This document shows, piece by piece, positions 47,695 to 61,349 of a stretch of 64,000 nt of DNA. The position numbers and the translations under genes are program-made. Source of the stretch: Mugilogobius chulae (Eukaryota); NCBI GenBank assembly GCA_046056395.1, contig CM100124.1, positions 623,968 through 687,967 of the forward strand. The letters run 5' to 3'. Position 1 is the first letter of the stretch, and each line of letters opens with the position of its first letter. The notes beneath the pieces are model-generated. The model worked only from the letters and a program-made list of their open reading frames with translations, did not search any database and was not told the DNA's origin.

Positions 47695-50600
47695 CCCTCT
47701 AGTCTTGTTTAATCCTGGTTTAGGTCTTGGTTTATTCTTGACTTCGGTCTTGGTTTAGTCTTGACTTCGGTCTTGGTTTAATCTGACTTCGGTCTTGTTT
47801 AATCTTTGACTTCGGTCTTGGTTAATCTTGACTTCGGTCTTGGTTTAATCTGACTTCGTCTGGGTTAATCTTGACTTCGGTCTTGGTTTAATCTTGACTT
47901 CGGTCTTGGTTTATCTTGACTTCGGGGTTTATCTTGGATTGTGTTTAATCTTGACTTCGGTTTTTGGTTTAGTTTGACTTTGGTCTTGGTTTAATCTTGA
48001 CTTCGGTCTTGGTTAATCTTGACTTCGGGTTTTGGTTTAGTCTTGACTTTTGTTTGGTTTAATCTTGACTTCGGTCTTGGTTTCATCTCGACTTCGGTCT
48101 TGGTTTAGTCTCGACTTCGGTCTTGGTTTAATCTCGACTTCGGTCTTGGTTTAATCTCGACTTCGTTCTTGGTTTAATCTTAACTTTGGTCTTGGTTTAA
48201 TCTCGACTTCATTCTTGGTTTAATCTTAACTTTGGTCTTGGTTTAATCTTGACTTCGGTCTTGGTTTGGTCTTGGTTTAATCTCGACTTCGGTCTTGGTT
48301 AATCTTGATTTCGGTCTTGGTTTGGTCTTGGTTTAATCTCGACTTCGGTCTTGTTTAATCTTGATTCGGTCTTGGTTAGTCTCGACTTTGGTCTTGGTTT
48401 AGTCTTGACTTCGGTCTTGGTTTAGTCTTGACTTCGGTCTTGGTTTAATCTTGACTTCGGTCTTGGTTTAATCTGACTTCGGTCTTGGTTTAGTCTTGAC
48501 TTCGGTCTTGGTTTAGTCTTGGTTAAATCTTGACTTCGGTCTTGGTTTAATCTCGACTTTTAGTCTTGGTTTGGTCTTGGTTTAGTCTTGACTTCGTCTT
48601 GGTTTAATCTCGACTTCGGTCTTGGTTTAGTCTTGACTTCAGTCTTGGTTTATTCTTGACTTTGGTCTTGGTTTTAATCTTGACTTTGGTCTTGGTTTAA
48701 TCTTGACTTCGGTCTTGGTTTAATCTGACTTTGTCTTGGTTTAGTCTTGACTTCGGTCTTGGTTTAATCTCGACTTCGGTCTTGGTTTAGTCTTGACTTC
48801 CAGTCTTGGTTTATTCTTGACTTTGGTCTTGGTTTAATCTTACTTTGGTCTTGGTTATCTGACTTCGGTCTTGTTAATCTTGACTTCGGTCTTGGTTTAG
48901 TCTTGACTTCGGTCTGGTTTAATCTTGACTTCGGTCTTGGTTAATCTTGACTTCGGTCTTGGTTTATCTTGACTTCGGTCTTGGTTTAATCTTGACTTCG
49001 GTCTTGGTTTAGTCTTGACTTCTCTTGGGACTCGGTCTTGGTTTAATCTTGACTTCGGTCTTGGTTTAATCTTGACTTCGGTCTTGTTTAATCTTGACTT
49101 CGGTCTTGGTTTAATCTTGACTTCGGTCTTGGTTTAATCTTGACTTCGGTCTTGGTTTAATCTGACTTCGGTCTTGTTTATCTTGACTTCGTCTTTGGGT
49201 TTAATCTTGACTTCGGTCTTGGTTTAATCTTGACTTTGGTCTTGGTTTAATCTTGACTTCGGTCTTAATTTGTCTTGATTTCAGTCTTGGTTTAATCTTG
49301 ACTTCGGTCTTGGTTTAATCTTGACTTCGGTCCTTGGTTTAATCTTGACTTCGGTTTGGTTTAATGTCGACTTCGGTCTTGGTTTAGTCTCGACTTCGTC
49401 TTGGTTAGTCTTGACTTTGGTCTTGATTTAATCTGACTTCGGTCTTGGTTTAATCTTGACTTCGGTCTTAGTTTAATCTTGACTTCGGTCTTGGTTTATT
49501 CTTGACTTCGACTTAGTTTAATCTTGACTTCGGTCTTGGTTAATCTTGACTTCGTCTTGGTTTAGTCTCGACTTGTGGTCTTGATTTAATCTTGACTTCG
49601 TCTTGGTTTAGTCTCGACTTTGGTTCTTTTTAGTTGACTTCGGTCTGTTACCTTGACTCAGTCTTGGTTTAGTCTTGACTTCGGTCTTGGTTTAGTCTTG
49701 ACTTCGGTCTTGGTTTAGTCTTGAACTTTGGTCTTGTTTAATTTTGACTTCGGTCTTGGTTTAAATTCTCGACTTCGTCTTGGTTTTGTCTTGACTTCGG
49801 TCTTGTTTGAGTCTTGACTTCGGTCTTGGATTTAATCTTGACTTCGGTCTTGGTTTAATCTTGACTTCGGTCTTGGTTTAAATCTTGACTTCGGTCTTGG
49901 TTTAGTCTTGACTTCGGTCTTGGTTTTAGTCTTGGTTAAAATCTTGACTTCGGTCTTGGTTTAATCTTGACTTCGGTCTTGGTTTAATCTGACTTCGGTC
50001 TTGGTTTAGTCATTGACTTCGGTCTTGCTCGACTTCGGTCGGTTTAATCTCGACTTCGGTCTTGGTTTAATCTTGGAATTCGTCTTGGTTTAGTCTTGAC
50101 TTCGGTCTTGGTTTAATCTCGACTTCGGTCTTGGTTTAGTCTTGACTCTCGGTCTTGGTTTAATCTTGACTTTGGGTCTTGGTTTAATCTTGACTTCGGT
50201 CTTGGTTTAAATCTTGACTTCGGTCTTGGTTTAATCTTGACTTCGGTCTTGGTTTATTCTTGACTTCGGTCTTGGTTTATTTCTGGTTCCGGTCTTGGTT
50301 TAGTCTTGACTTCGGTCTTGTTTAATCTTGACTCGGCCTTGGTTTAGTCTTGACTTCGGTCTTGGTTTAATCTTGACTTCGGTCTTGTTTTAATCTGACT
50401 TTGGTCTTGGTTTAGTCTTGAATTCGGTCTTGGTTTAGTCTTGACTTCGGTCTTGGTTTATCTCGACTTCGTCTTGGTTTAGTCTTGACTTCGAGTCTTG
50501 GTTTATTCTGACTTTGGGTCTTGTTTAATCTTGACGGTCTTGGTTTAATCTTGACTTCGGTCTTTTTAATCTTGACTTTGGTCTTGGTTTAGTCTTGACT

Positions 50601-53600
50601 TCGGTCTGGGTTTAATCTCGACTTCGTCTTGGTTATCTTGACTTAGTCTTGGTTATTTCTTGACTTTTGGTCTTGGTTTAATCTTGACTTTGGTCTTGGT
50701 TTAATCTTGACTTCGGTCTTGGTTTAATCTTGACTTCGGTCTTGGTTTAGTCTTGACTTCGGTCTTGGTTTAATCTTGACTTCGGTCTTGGTTTAATCTT
50801 GACTTCTTGGTTTAATTTGACTTCGGTCTTGGTTTAATCTTGACTTCGGTCTTGGTTTAGTCTTAGTCTCTGACTTCGGTCTTGGTTTATCTTGATCTTG
50901 TTTAATCTTGACTCGGTCTTGGTTTAATCTTGACTTCGGTCTTGGTTTAATCTTGACTTCGGTCTTGGTTTAATCTTGACTTCGGTCTTGGTTTAATCTT
51001 GACTTCGGTCTTGGTTTAATCTTGACTTCGGTCTTGGTTTTAATCTTGACTTCGGTCTTGGTTTAATCTTGACTTCGGTCTTGGTTAATCTTGACTGGGT
51101 CTTGGTTTAATCTTGACTTCGGTTTAGTCTTGATTTCAGTCTTGGATCTTGACTTCGGTCTTGGTTTAACTTGACTTCGTCTTGTTTAATCTTGACTTCG
51201 GTCTTGGTTTAAGTCGACTTCGGTCTGGTTTAGTCTCGACTTCGGTCTTGGTTTTAGTCTTGACTTTGGTCTTGATTTAATCTTGACTTCGGTCTTTGTT
51301 TAATCTTGACTTCGGTCGGTCTTCGGTCTTGTTTAATCTTGACTTCGTTTAATCTTGACTTCGGTCTTGGTTTAATCTTGACTTCTTCGACTTTGGTCTT
51401 GATTTAATCTTGACTTCGGTCTTGGTTTAGTCTCGACTTTGGTCTTTTTTTAGTCTTGACTTCTTGGGTCTTGACTTCAGTGGTTAGTCTTGACTTCGGT
51501 CTTGGTTTAGTCTTGACGTTCGGTCTTGGTTTAGTCTTGACTTTGGTCCTTGGTTTATTTTGACTTCGGTCTTGGTTTAATCTCGACTTCGGTCTTGTTT
51601 AGTCTTGACTTCGGTCTTGGTTTAGTCTTGACTTCGGTCTTGGTTTAATCTTGACTTCGGTCTTGGTTTAATCTTGACTTCGGTCTTGGTTTAATCTTGA
51701 CTTCGGTCTTGGTTTAGTCTTGACTTCGGTCTTGGTTTTAGTCTTGGTTTAATCTTGACTTCGGTCTTGGTTTAATCTTGACTTCGGTCTTGGTTTAATC
51801 TTGACTTCGGTCTTGGTTTAGTCTTGACTTCGGTCTTGGTTTAATCTCGACTTCGGTCTTGGTTTAATCTCGACTTCGGTCTTGGTTTAATCTTGAATTC
51901 GGTCTTGGTTTAGTCTTGACTTCGGTCTTGGTTTAATCTCGACTTCGGTCTTGGTTTAGTCTTGACTTTCGGTCTTGGTTTAATCTTGACTTCGGTCTTG
52001 GTTTAATCTTGACTTCGGTCTTGGTTTAATCTTGACTTCGGTCTTGGTTTAATCTTGACTTCGGTCTTGGTTTATTCTTGACTTCGGTCTTGGTTTATTT
52101 ACTGGTTCCGGTCTTGGTTTATTCTGTTCGGCTTGACTTCGGTTTGGTTTAATTTGACTTCGGCCTTGGTTTAGTCTTGACTTCGGTCTTGGTTTAATCT
52201 GACTTCGGTCTTGGTTTAATCTTACTTTGGTCTTGGTTTAGTCTTGATTCGGTTTGTTTAGTCTTGACTTCGGTCTTGGTTTATCTCGACTTCGGTCTTG
52301 GTTTAGTCTTGACTTCGTCTTGGTTTAATCTTGACTTCGGTCTTGGTTTAATCTCAATTTCGGTCTTGGTTTAGTCTTGACTTCGGTCTTGGTTTAGTCT
52401 TGACTTCGGTCTTGGTTTAATCTTGACTTCGGTTTTGGTTTAATCTTGACTTCGGTCTTGGTTTAATCTTGACTTCGGTCTTGGTTTAATTTTGACTTCG
52501 GTCTTGGTTTAATCTTGACTTCGGTCTTGACTTCAGTCTTGGTTTAGTCTGGACTTTGGTCTTGGTTTAATCTTGACTTTGGTCTTGGTTTAATCTTGAC
52601 TTTGGTCTTGGTTTAGTCTTGACTTCGGTCTTGGTTTAATCTTGACTTCAGTCTTGGTTTATTCTTGACTTCGGTCTTGGTTTAATCTTGACTTTGGTCT
52701 TGGTTTAGTCTTGACTTCGGTCTTGGTTTAATCGTGACTTTGGTCTTGGTTTAATCTCGACTTCGGTCTTGGTTTAATCTTGACTTCGGTCTTGGTTTAG
52801 TCTTGACTTCGGTCTTGGTTTAATCTTGACTTCGGTCTTGGTTTAGTCTCGACTTTGGTCTTGGTTTAGTCTGACTTCGGTCTTGGTTTAATGTTGACTT
52901 CGGTCTTGGTTTAGTCTTGACTTCGGTCTTGGTTTAATCTTGACTTCGGTCTTGGTTTATTTCTGGTTCCGGTCTTGGTTTAATCTTGACTTCGGTCTTG
53001 GTTTAATCTTGACTTCGGTCTTGGTTTAGTCTTGACTTCGGTCTTGGTTTAGTCTTGACTTCGGTCTTGGTTTAGTCTTGACTTCGGTCTTGGTTTAATC
53101 TTGACTTCGGTCTTGGTTTAGTCTTGACTTCGGTCTTAGTTTCATCTTGACTTCGGTCTTGGTTTCATCTTGACTTCGGTCTTGGTTTAGTCTTGACTTC
53201 GGTCTTGGTTTAATCTTGACTTCGGTCTTGGTTTAGTCTTGACTTTGGTCTTGGTTTAATCTTGACTTCGGTCTTGGTTTCATCTTGACTTCGGTCTTGG
53301 TTTAGTCTTGACTTTGGTCTTGGTTTAATCTTGACTTCGGTCTTGGTTTAGTCTTGACTTTGGTCTTGGTTTAATCTTGACTTCGGTCTTGGTTTAGTCT
53401 TGACTTCGGTCTTGGTTTAGTCTTGACTTCGATCTTGATTTAATCTTGACTTCGGTCTTGGTTTAATCTTGACTTCGGTCTTGGTTTAGTCTTGACTTCG
53501 GTCTTGGTTTAGTCTTGACTTCGGTCTTGGCTTAATCTTGACTTCGGTCTTGGTTTCATCTTGACTTCGGTCTTGGTTTAGTCTTGACTTCGGTCTTAGT

Positions 53601-53760
53601 TTCATCTTGACTTCGGTCTTGGTTTAGTCTTGACTTCAGTCTTGGTTTAGTCTTGTCTTCGGTCTTGGTTTAATCTTGACTTCAGTCTTGGTTTAGTCTT
53701 GACTTCGGTCTTAGTTTCATCTTGACTTCAGTCTTGGTTTAATCTCGGTCTAGGTCTGTA
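47695..53760. repeat. ~6-kb tandem array of a 23-bp unit (CTTGGTTTAATCTTGACTTCGGT / …TAGTCTTGACTTCGGT), ~260 copies with frequent 1-2 nt indels
   Basis: Direct tandem copies throughout. Confidence 0.95.
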
Positions 53761-54654
53761 TACTTGTTTGTGTGTAAATTGTCTTTTTCGAGTAATTTTA
53801 TTTGTCAATTTATTCATAATTGCTGTAAATTATGATCAAACAAAAATAATATGAGGTAGAATAACTTTGGTTTGACTGTGTTTATGATGTTTTTACACAT
53901 TTGTCCCAACGCAAAATTTCCCAAAGGGTTTCTTACTTCAGAGTTGTGTATTTGACTTTTCACTTTCAGAAAGTTACACAGTGCACCTTTAAAGCTGTAA
54001 AAATAAGTATTTATTTGTTCAACATCAAAGTCATTTCAATACGATAATAATATAATAAAGCAATATACACAATATTCATTCTTACTTTGTTCAATCTCAG
54101 AAAAGCACAAACACTGCAAAGATAAATGATAACAAACAGGAGCGTCGGACTGGGAAGGGGGGTGAAGGTACGGGATGGGTATTTTATCGATGCCGCTTTG
54201 GACCGCTGTACCTTTAAACGCTGCGTTAACTTTGTTCCTGCGCTGCAATCTTTACTTTCTGTTTCTTAACCTTTACCCAAACCCCTTTTTCTAAACTTAC
54301 CCATGACCCCAACCCTGTTCCTAATCCGTTTTCCTAAACTAATGATCGTCCCCTGGACCCGACTGGCATTTACCCAGACCGTCTCAGGGCCAGTTAGATG
54401 TTGTTATTTGGTGTAAATAAAAACTTTGTGTCGATGTTGTTTTTTACGTGTCACTTCATCACTTTCATGTCCTGTGAAAGTTATCTGTTGTTTGTCATCG
54501 AAACTGAAAATATTGTCTGTCTGCAGTTTCAAACATCTCAAAATGAGCTTTGTTTTGTTTCACTTCAGTCCTCTCGGTGGAGCTGCCTCCTAATGGAGCT
54601 CTGCAGCCAAAAAAATTATAAAAAGTGTAACTTGATCGATAAAAAGTAAGCCTA

Positions 54655-55420
54655 GGGGTACTCCTGGTTCAGGTCACATGACGAGGGGACTCCTGATACA
54701 GGTCATGTGACGAGGGGACTCCTGGGACAGGTCATGTGACGAGGGGACTCCAGGTACAGGTCATGTGATGAGGGGACTCCTGGTACAGGTCATGTGACGA
54801 GGGCACTCCTGGTACAGGTCATGTGACGAGGGGACTCCTGGTTCAGGTCATGTGATGAGGGGACTCCTGGTACAGGTCATGTGATGAGGGGACTCCTGGT
54901 ACAGGTCATGTGATGAGGGGACTCCTGGTACAGGTCATGTGATGAGGGGACTCCTGGTACAGGTCATGTGACGAGGGGACTCCTGTACAGGTCATGTGAC
55001 GAGGGGACTCCTGGTTCAGGTCATGTGATGAGGGACTCCTGGTACAGGTCATGTGACGAGGGGACTCCTGGTCAGGTCATGTGATGAGGGACTCCTGGTA
55101 CAGGTCATGTGATGAGGGGACTCCTGGTACAGGTCATGTGATGAGGGGACTCCTGGTACAGGTCATGTGATGAGGGGACTCCTGGTACAGGTCATGTGAG
55201 AGGGGACTTGGTACAGGTCATGTGACGAGGGACTCCTGGTACAGGTCAAAGGGACTCCTGGTACAGGACATGTGACGAGGGACTCCTGGTACAGGTCATG
55301 TGATGAGGGGACTCCTGGTACAGGTCATGTGATGAGGGGACTCCTGGTACAGGTCATGTGACGAGGGACTCCTGGTACAGGTCATGTGACGAGGGGACTC
55401 CTGGTACAGGTCTGCAGCCA
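54655..55420. repeat. Minisatellite, 29-bp unit (GTCATGTGACGAGGGGACTCCTGGTACAG) x ~26
   Basis: Direct tandem copies. Confidence 0.95.
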
Positions 55421-56417
55421 GATACTCATGCAAACAGCGGATAAGAAGCGCATGCACGCGGCGCATTGCTCACACACTTGTGTCGTGACAGTGGAAGTTA
55501 CAAATGACCAAGAAAATCACTTTACAAATAACACGAATACGAATGTTTTCATATTTGACAAAAAACAACTAAATATTGTAACATTATAAGTAAAAGTTTT
55601 TAAAAGTGTCCCGTTGGAAAAAGTTCCTCATCTCCTGTGTTTAGCCTTTTTTTGAAAATTAAAGTAAAATATACAGTATTTGTATATATTTATTATAATA
55701 TAATCAAACTTTTTCAGATTAAATCTGAAAAAGCGTATGCAGATGATGATCCAAAAGAGAAATCACGGTTGTCCTCTGTGTTTTTTTCTTTTAGCCTAAA
55801 GCACACAAAAAAATGTGTTAGTCCTGCTTTAGTCTTGTTTCAATCCTGTTTTAATCCTGCTTTAGACCTGTTTTAGTACCTGCTTCAGTCCTGTTTTAGT
55901 CCTGGTTTAGTCCTGGTTTAGTAAATGCTTCAGTCCTGTTTTAGACCTGGTTTAGTCCTGGTTTAGTCATCATCATCATCAAACTTTTATTACAGACTCA
56001 TGGTCCAGAGTTAAAAAAGCACAAACAGATAAACAAATACAGCACAACGTACCACAAATTACAGCAAACAACTGTACCAGTGTCTCCAAAGTTCAGACTG
56101 GTACCTTGTGGCACTGAGCTTCACATCAGTCAGGCTCCTGATGATAATGTTTTTAGAGTCATTAAGACGACTAATGAATCTGTACATCAGACAGCGCAAC
56201 ACTGCCTGGAATGTCTTTATCCCTGCTGTAACAAACAGGTGGCTTGCACTCTCCCATCTTGGCCTTTTTAATAAATCCTTAGACAGTCATTGTATGCCAC
56301 ATTGAGCTTCCTTATGCTCCTGTTTTAATCCTGTTTTAGTCTGTTTTAGTCCTGTTTTAAACCTGTTTTAGATATGCTTTAGTCCTGTTTTAGTCTGTTT
56401 TAGTCCAGGTTTAGTAC

Positions 56418-56497
56418 CTGAAAGTAGCAGAGCAGGATAGCGTTGGTGAGGACCAGGATCAGGACCAGGACCACGGCTCTCAGGATCAGGTCTGAGT
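56418..56497 (-). CDS. Transmembrane-segment exon of an Ig-superfamily receptor-like gene (…DSDLILRAVVLVLILVLTNAILLCYFQ)
   Basis: On the - strand: acceptor TTCCAG|AC, donor CAG|GTACTA. A hydrophobic ~23-residue helix lies in the same frame as the upstream Ig exon. Phase-compatible with the Ig exon's 1-nt overhang. Confidence 0.55.
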
Positions 56498-56591
56498 CTG
56501 GAACTGGACAAACATTTGACATTAATCGTAAAATAAAATAAAATAAACTAAAGTGACACCGTGGCGATTGTAAGGTGTAAATGCAGGTTAC

Positions 56592-56900
56592 CTCCAAGGC
56601 CGATGTGAACCGTCACGTCCTTTAAGCCGATATAAGGCTGATTGTACTCGTAGCCACAGGTGTAGTTCCCTGTGTGGGCGGAGTCAAAGGCGAAGAACAG
56701 GAAGTGAGCAGATTGATTGACGGTTTTCAGGGCGTAGTTTCCGGTCGGAGTGAACAGGATTAAGACCGTGGTCCAATCAGCCCGAAGAAGAGAGCAGGAG
56801 ACGGTGAAGTTTGCCCCGGATCTGACCAGAGCCTTTTGGGTTTGTGACAAAGCCGACTGTCCCTCCGAGGAAACTGTGAGAGTGAGGTCAGAGTAAGACT
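56592..56900 (-). CDS. Immunoglobulin-like domain exon (…LTVSSEGQSALSQTQKALVRSGANFTVSCSLLRADWTTVLILFTPTGNYALKTVNQSAHFLFFAFDSAHTGNYTCGYEYNQPYIGLKDVTVHIGLG)
   Basis: Canonical Ig-fold spacing C…W…D-x-[GA]-x-Y-x-C (FTVSC … W … DSAHTGNYTC). Bounded on the - strand by (TC)n-CAG| (with an alternative acceptor at 56875) and |GTAACC. Phase 1-1, as is usual for Ig-domain exons. The ORF-track N-terminal SLSLSL… is read from the (GA)n microsatellite at 56890-56945 and is probably the intronic polypyrimidine tract. Confidence 0.6.
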
Positions 56901-56902
56901 CT

Positions 56903-56953
<51 letters not shown>

Positions 56954-57055
56954 AAAGGGGTGTAGAAGAGAGAAAGAGCATTAAACAAACTATTTAAAGT
57001 AACGTAATGTAAACTATGTTCAGTCATTGGCTTCTCGCTCAGAAAACCTGACTTT

Positions 57056-59860
57056 GTTATTCACCCATCCATCCATTTTCTTCCGCTTCATCCGGAGTCG
57101 AGTTGCGGAGGCATCAGTCTGAGCAGGGAGGCCTAGACTTCCCTGTCCACACACACTTCCTCAAGCTCCTCAGGGGGAACCCGAGGTGTTCACAGGACAG
57201 TCCGGAGACATAGTCCCTCCTGGGTCTTCCCCTTGGCCTCCTCCCAGTGGGACATGCCCGGAACACCTCAAAAGCGAGGCGTCCAGGAGGCATCCGGTAC
57301 AGATGCCCGAGCCACCTCAGCTGGCTCCTCACGATGTGGAGGAGCAGCAGCTCTACTCTGAGTTCCTCCCGTGTGACTGAGCTTCTCACCCTATCTCTAA
57401 GGGAGCGCCCAGCCACCCTGCGGAGGAAACTCATTTGGACCGCTTGTATCCGCGATCTTGTCCTTTCGGTCATTACCCAAAGCTCATGACCATAGGTGAG
57501 GGTTGAACGTAGATTGACCGGTAAATCGAGAGCTTTGCCTTTCGACTCAGCTCCTTCTTCACCACAATGGTTCGATATAGCGACTGCATCACTGCAGACG
57601 CTGCACCAATCCGCCTCAATCTCACCTCCATCCTTCCCTCACTGTGAACAAGACCCTGAGATACTTGAACTCCTCCACTTGAGGCAAAAAAAAAAAAATA
57701 TTACATAGCAAGAAAGAAATACCGCTTTGTGTGCGCTGCTGTTCAACAGAGAAACGCAACACGGACACCTGCGAGGTGCAGACACGTAAACTTGCTGCTG
57801 CATTTCCTAGTCTAGCGTGCGTATCATCAATGCGTCCTCGCGCCAGCAGCAGCCCGCAGCACGGGCGTAAGCTTTCTCAGAGGAGTGAATGAATGCTGGC
57901 TTTTACGCACGGGGAGATGGAGATAATACACACGGAGTTTGGGCAAAAAAAGTGTTTGTTTAGCAGAAACTGGAGGTGTGAGGAGCTTTGTATTTCAGGT
58001 AAGAAATACACAGACATCATGGCTTTATGATTGAATGTGTCAAACGAACATAGTTGCCTTGCTGCAGATTATTTAGGCTGGTGCCAAATCATTTTAAAAC
58101 TAGATGCAGAGAGTTATGCAGAGTTTAGTCATTTGTGTTCATGTTGTTATGCCCTGGGGCCGCCACGTAACCTCCGTGTCACCAAAAAAAAAACAAAAAA
58201 AAGTTGGGACCCAACGGGACCAGCGGGAGCTTCTCGGGCGGGCAGGCACACGGGGGCGTCGGGATCGGGAGGGAACGGTCACGGATGCTTCGGGATCGGG
58301 CGGGAGCGGTCATGAAAATCTAGTCCCGTGCAGGTCTCTACCTCAAAGTATTCCTTCCACTGTCCAACAACATCCCCAGTCGAGGTCAGCAGCCCTCCAC
58401 GGTGGAAAACTGTTTTCCTCTTCTGAGGCGTCGGACGGTTTGCCAGAATTTCTTTGAGGCCGAGCGGTAGTCCTCCTCCATGGCCTCTCTGAACTTATCC
58501 CAGCCCCCGGAGCTTTGCCACTCTGACTGCACAAGCTGTGATACCTGTCAATCTGACGACATCCCTTCCTTCCGGCGTCCACCACCGGGTTCGGGGATTG
58601 CCGCCGCGAGAAGCACTAGAGACCTTACGAGCAGCCACATCGACGATGGAGAACATGGTCCACACAGACTCAGTGTCCCCAGTCTCACTCTGGAGAAGCT
58701 CCTGGAGGTGTGAAGTGAAGACCCGGCTGACCGAGGGTTCTGGGAGACGTTTCCAACAGACCCTCACCAGACGCTTAGGTCTGCCAGATTTGTCCAACTT
58801 CATCATCTGCACAGGATCCAACTCACCACCAGGTGGTGCTCTACAGCTCTGCCCCTCTCTTAACCCGAGTGTCAAAAACACGCGGCTGAAGGTCTGATGA
58901 CACGACAACAAAGTCGATCATTGACCTCCAACATAGGGGGACGCGGTGCCACTGATGGACACTCTTGTGCTGGAACATGGTGTTTGTTATGGACAAACTG
59001 TAACTAGCCCAGAAGTCCAATAACAAAACACAACTCAGTTAAGATTGGGGGGCCGTTCCCCAATCACCTCTCCAGGTGTCACTGGGTTGCTCACGTGGGT
59101 GGTGAAGTCCCCCAGTAGAACTATGGAGACCCTGGTTGTGCACTGTCCAGTACTCCTCCCAGGTACTCCGGTACCCTGCACTGTTGTTTGGCCGATAGGA
59201 TGGCACAACAGTGAGAGACCTGTCCCCAACCCGAAGGCGCATGGACGTGACCCTCTCGTCTACTGGGGTGAACTCCATCACAGGGCAACTAAGGGGCGTT
59301 TTCACTAGCCCTGTTAGTATCAGCTCTACTCTACTGGGCTCTACTCGGCTCTGTTTCCACTAGCCTTTTTTATCTGGTACCAGGTACTTTTTTAGTACCT
59401 GCTTGGCTTTGCTTCTAACCAGGGCGAGCAGGTACTAAACTGTTCTAACTGACACCGATTGGCCAAACTGCTGGTGGACTCCACGGTTACCACGATGTTG
59501 CTATGGATATTAGTTTGTTGTGGGCAGTTGCTCTGAAGATAGTACCACATTCTAAAGTGCAATTAAATGGAGATGCAACCAAACCGAGTAGAGTAGAGTA
59601 GATACTAACAGTGGAAACATCCCATAAGCTGTGGGGCTCTGAGCAGATCCACACCAGCTCTGCCTCTCACCCTGAACAACGCAGCAGAAGTGGAGCGTCC
59701 AGCCCCTTTCCAGGAGTTTGGTTCCAGAACCCGAGCTGTGCTGGAGCTGAGGTCGACTATCTAGTCTATAGAGCTCAACCTTCTGCACCAGCTCAGGCTC
59801 CTCCCCCAGAGAGGTGACGTTCCATGTCCCAACAGTCAGAGGCTGGTGCACCCGACCCCC
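57056..59860 (-). mobile_element. 5'- and internally degraded L2/CR1-type LINE (ORF2 endonuclease and reverse-transcriptase fragments)
   Basis: Minus-strand ORFs carry hallmark teleost LINE ORF2 motifs. N-terminal endonuclease: …LTVGTWNVTSLGEEPELVQKVELYRLD…. Also …VDERVTSMRLRVGDRSLTVV…, …NPRTRWWTPEGRDVVRL…, and the C-terminal …MSFLRRVAGRSLRDRVRSSVTREELRVELLLLHIVRSQLRWLGHLYRMPPGRLAFEVFRACPTGRRPRGRPRRDYVS…. The ORFs are broken by frameshifts. The 3' end at ~57060-57080 has the (GGATG)n-like tail GGATGGATGGGTGAAT on the - strand. Confidence 0.7.
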
Positions 59861-60469
59861 AGGAGACCCTCTGTGGGTGGTGAACCCACAGGAGGGTGGG
59901 CAAAGGCGCGGCTACCATACGCTCGCCTGTGAACACCCATCTCAGGAAGTTGGTACTGTGGTATTGAAATCGGTATCGAGTCTTTTAAATGAATTTGACG
60001 TTTTAGTTCGGAGACACACTTCTGTTGACAAATGATTTGTTTGTCGAGGTGTTTTCAGCAGAAACAGTGGCAGCAGTAGCGGCTCCACAGACACGTGTTT
60101 TTTTAGGAGACAGATACAAAGACAAAATGACGTTTGATTTTTAACGTTAACTTGTCCTTGAGAAGCACCTGAACTAAAGTTTTAGCAGTAAATGTGAGTT
60201 GTGCAGACCTGAGCAGATGAGGTACAGTGCCCTGTTCTTGGGCAGGTTCGAGGTGAGTTTTGAGTCGTGGATCAGGCACTTTCTGATTCCAGCTCTTTGC
60301 TTCAGACACTCAGGATCCAGCGCCACAGCGGAGAGTTTGTAGTCGCATAAAAGACATTCACTGCCACACCACAGCCCAGCTCCTGACACAGAGCAGAGCC
60401 AAAGTCCTGGTCCTTCTGGGCCTCAGTGGTCACGTTTCTCCACTGGTCTTCATGTCTCAGCATCGGGTA

Positions 60470-61200
60470 ACCTTCACAGTGAAACCCATAGAACCACAGC
60501 GCCCATCGCCTGAAACAAACAGAAAGTCACAGTGAAACCCAGAGAAGCACAGCGCCCATCGCCTGAAACAAACAGAAATGTCACAGTGAAACCAGAGAAC
60601 CACAGCGCCGCATCGCCTGAAACAACAAAATCACAGGAAACCCAGAGAACACAGCGCCACATGCCTGAAACAAACAGAAATGTCACAGTGAAACCCAGAG
60701 AACCACAGCGCCGCATCGCCTGAAACAAACAGAAAGTCACAGTGAAACCAGAGAACCACAGCGCCGCATCGCCTGAAACAAACAGAAAACGTCACAGTGA
60801 AACCCAGAGAACCACAGCGCGCATCGCCTGAAACAAACACAAAACGTCACAGTGAAACCCAGAGAACCACAGCGCTGCATCGCCTGAAACAAACAGAAAC
60901 GTCACAGTGAAACCAGAGAACCACAGCGCTGCATCGTCTGAAAAAACAGAAAACGTCACAGTGAAACCAGAGAACCACAGCGCCGCATCGCCTGAAACAA
61001 ACAGAAAATGTCACAGTGAAACCCAGAGAACCACAGCGCCGCATCGCCTGAAAGAAACAAAAAACGTCACAGTGAAACCCAGAGAACCACAGCGCTGCAT
61101 CGCCTGAAAGAAACAAAAACGTCACAGGAAACCAGAGAACCACAGCGCCACATCGCCTGAAACAAACACAAAACGTCACAGAGAACCACAGCGCCGCATC
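60470..61200. repeat. Minisatellite, ~70-bp unit (CAGTGAAACCCAGAGAACCACAGCGCCGCATCGCCTGAAACAAACAGAAAACGTCA) x ~10
   Basis: Direct tandem copies. Confidence 0.9.
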
Positions 61201-61349
61201 ACCTGAAACAGGCCATACATTACATGAGGAGCCAGGTGATTTAGACACTTAGAACTTGCTTTTAATGATGCCATTTCATTGTTTTTGATTCAATACTTTT
61301 TAGGCTTCAGGACAGATTGTGTGGCTTGACCCCAGACAATTGCACAATA

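Noticed and set aside
58031-58457. Plus-strand ORFs of 94-117 aa inside the LINE
   Set aside because: They are antisense to the LINE ORF2 remnants, low-complexity (poly-K/G), with no conserved motif
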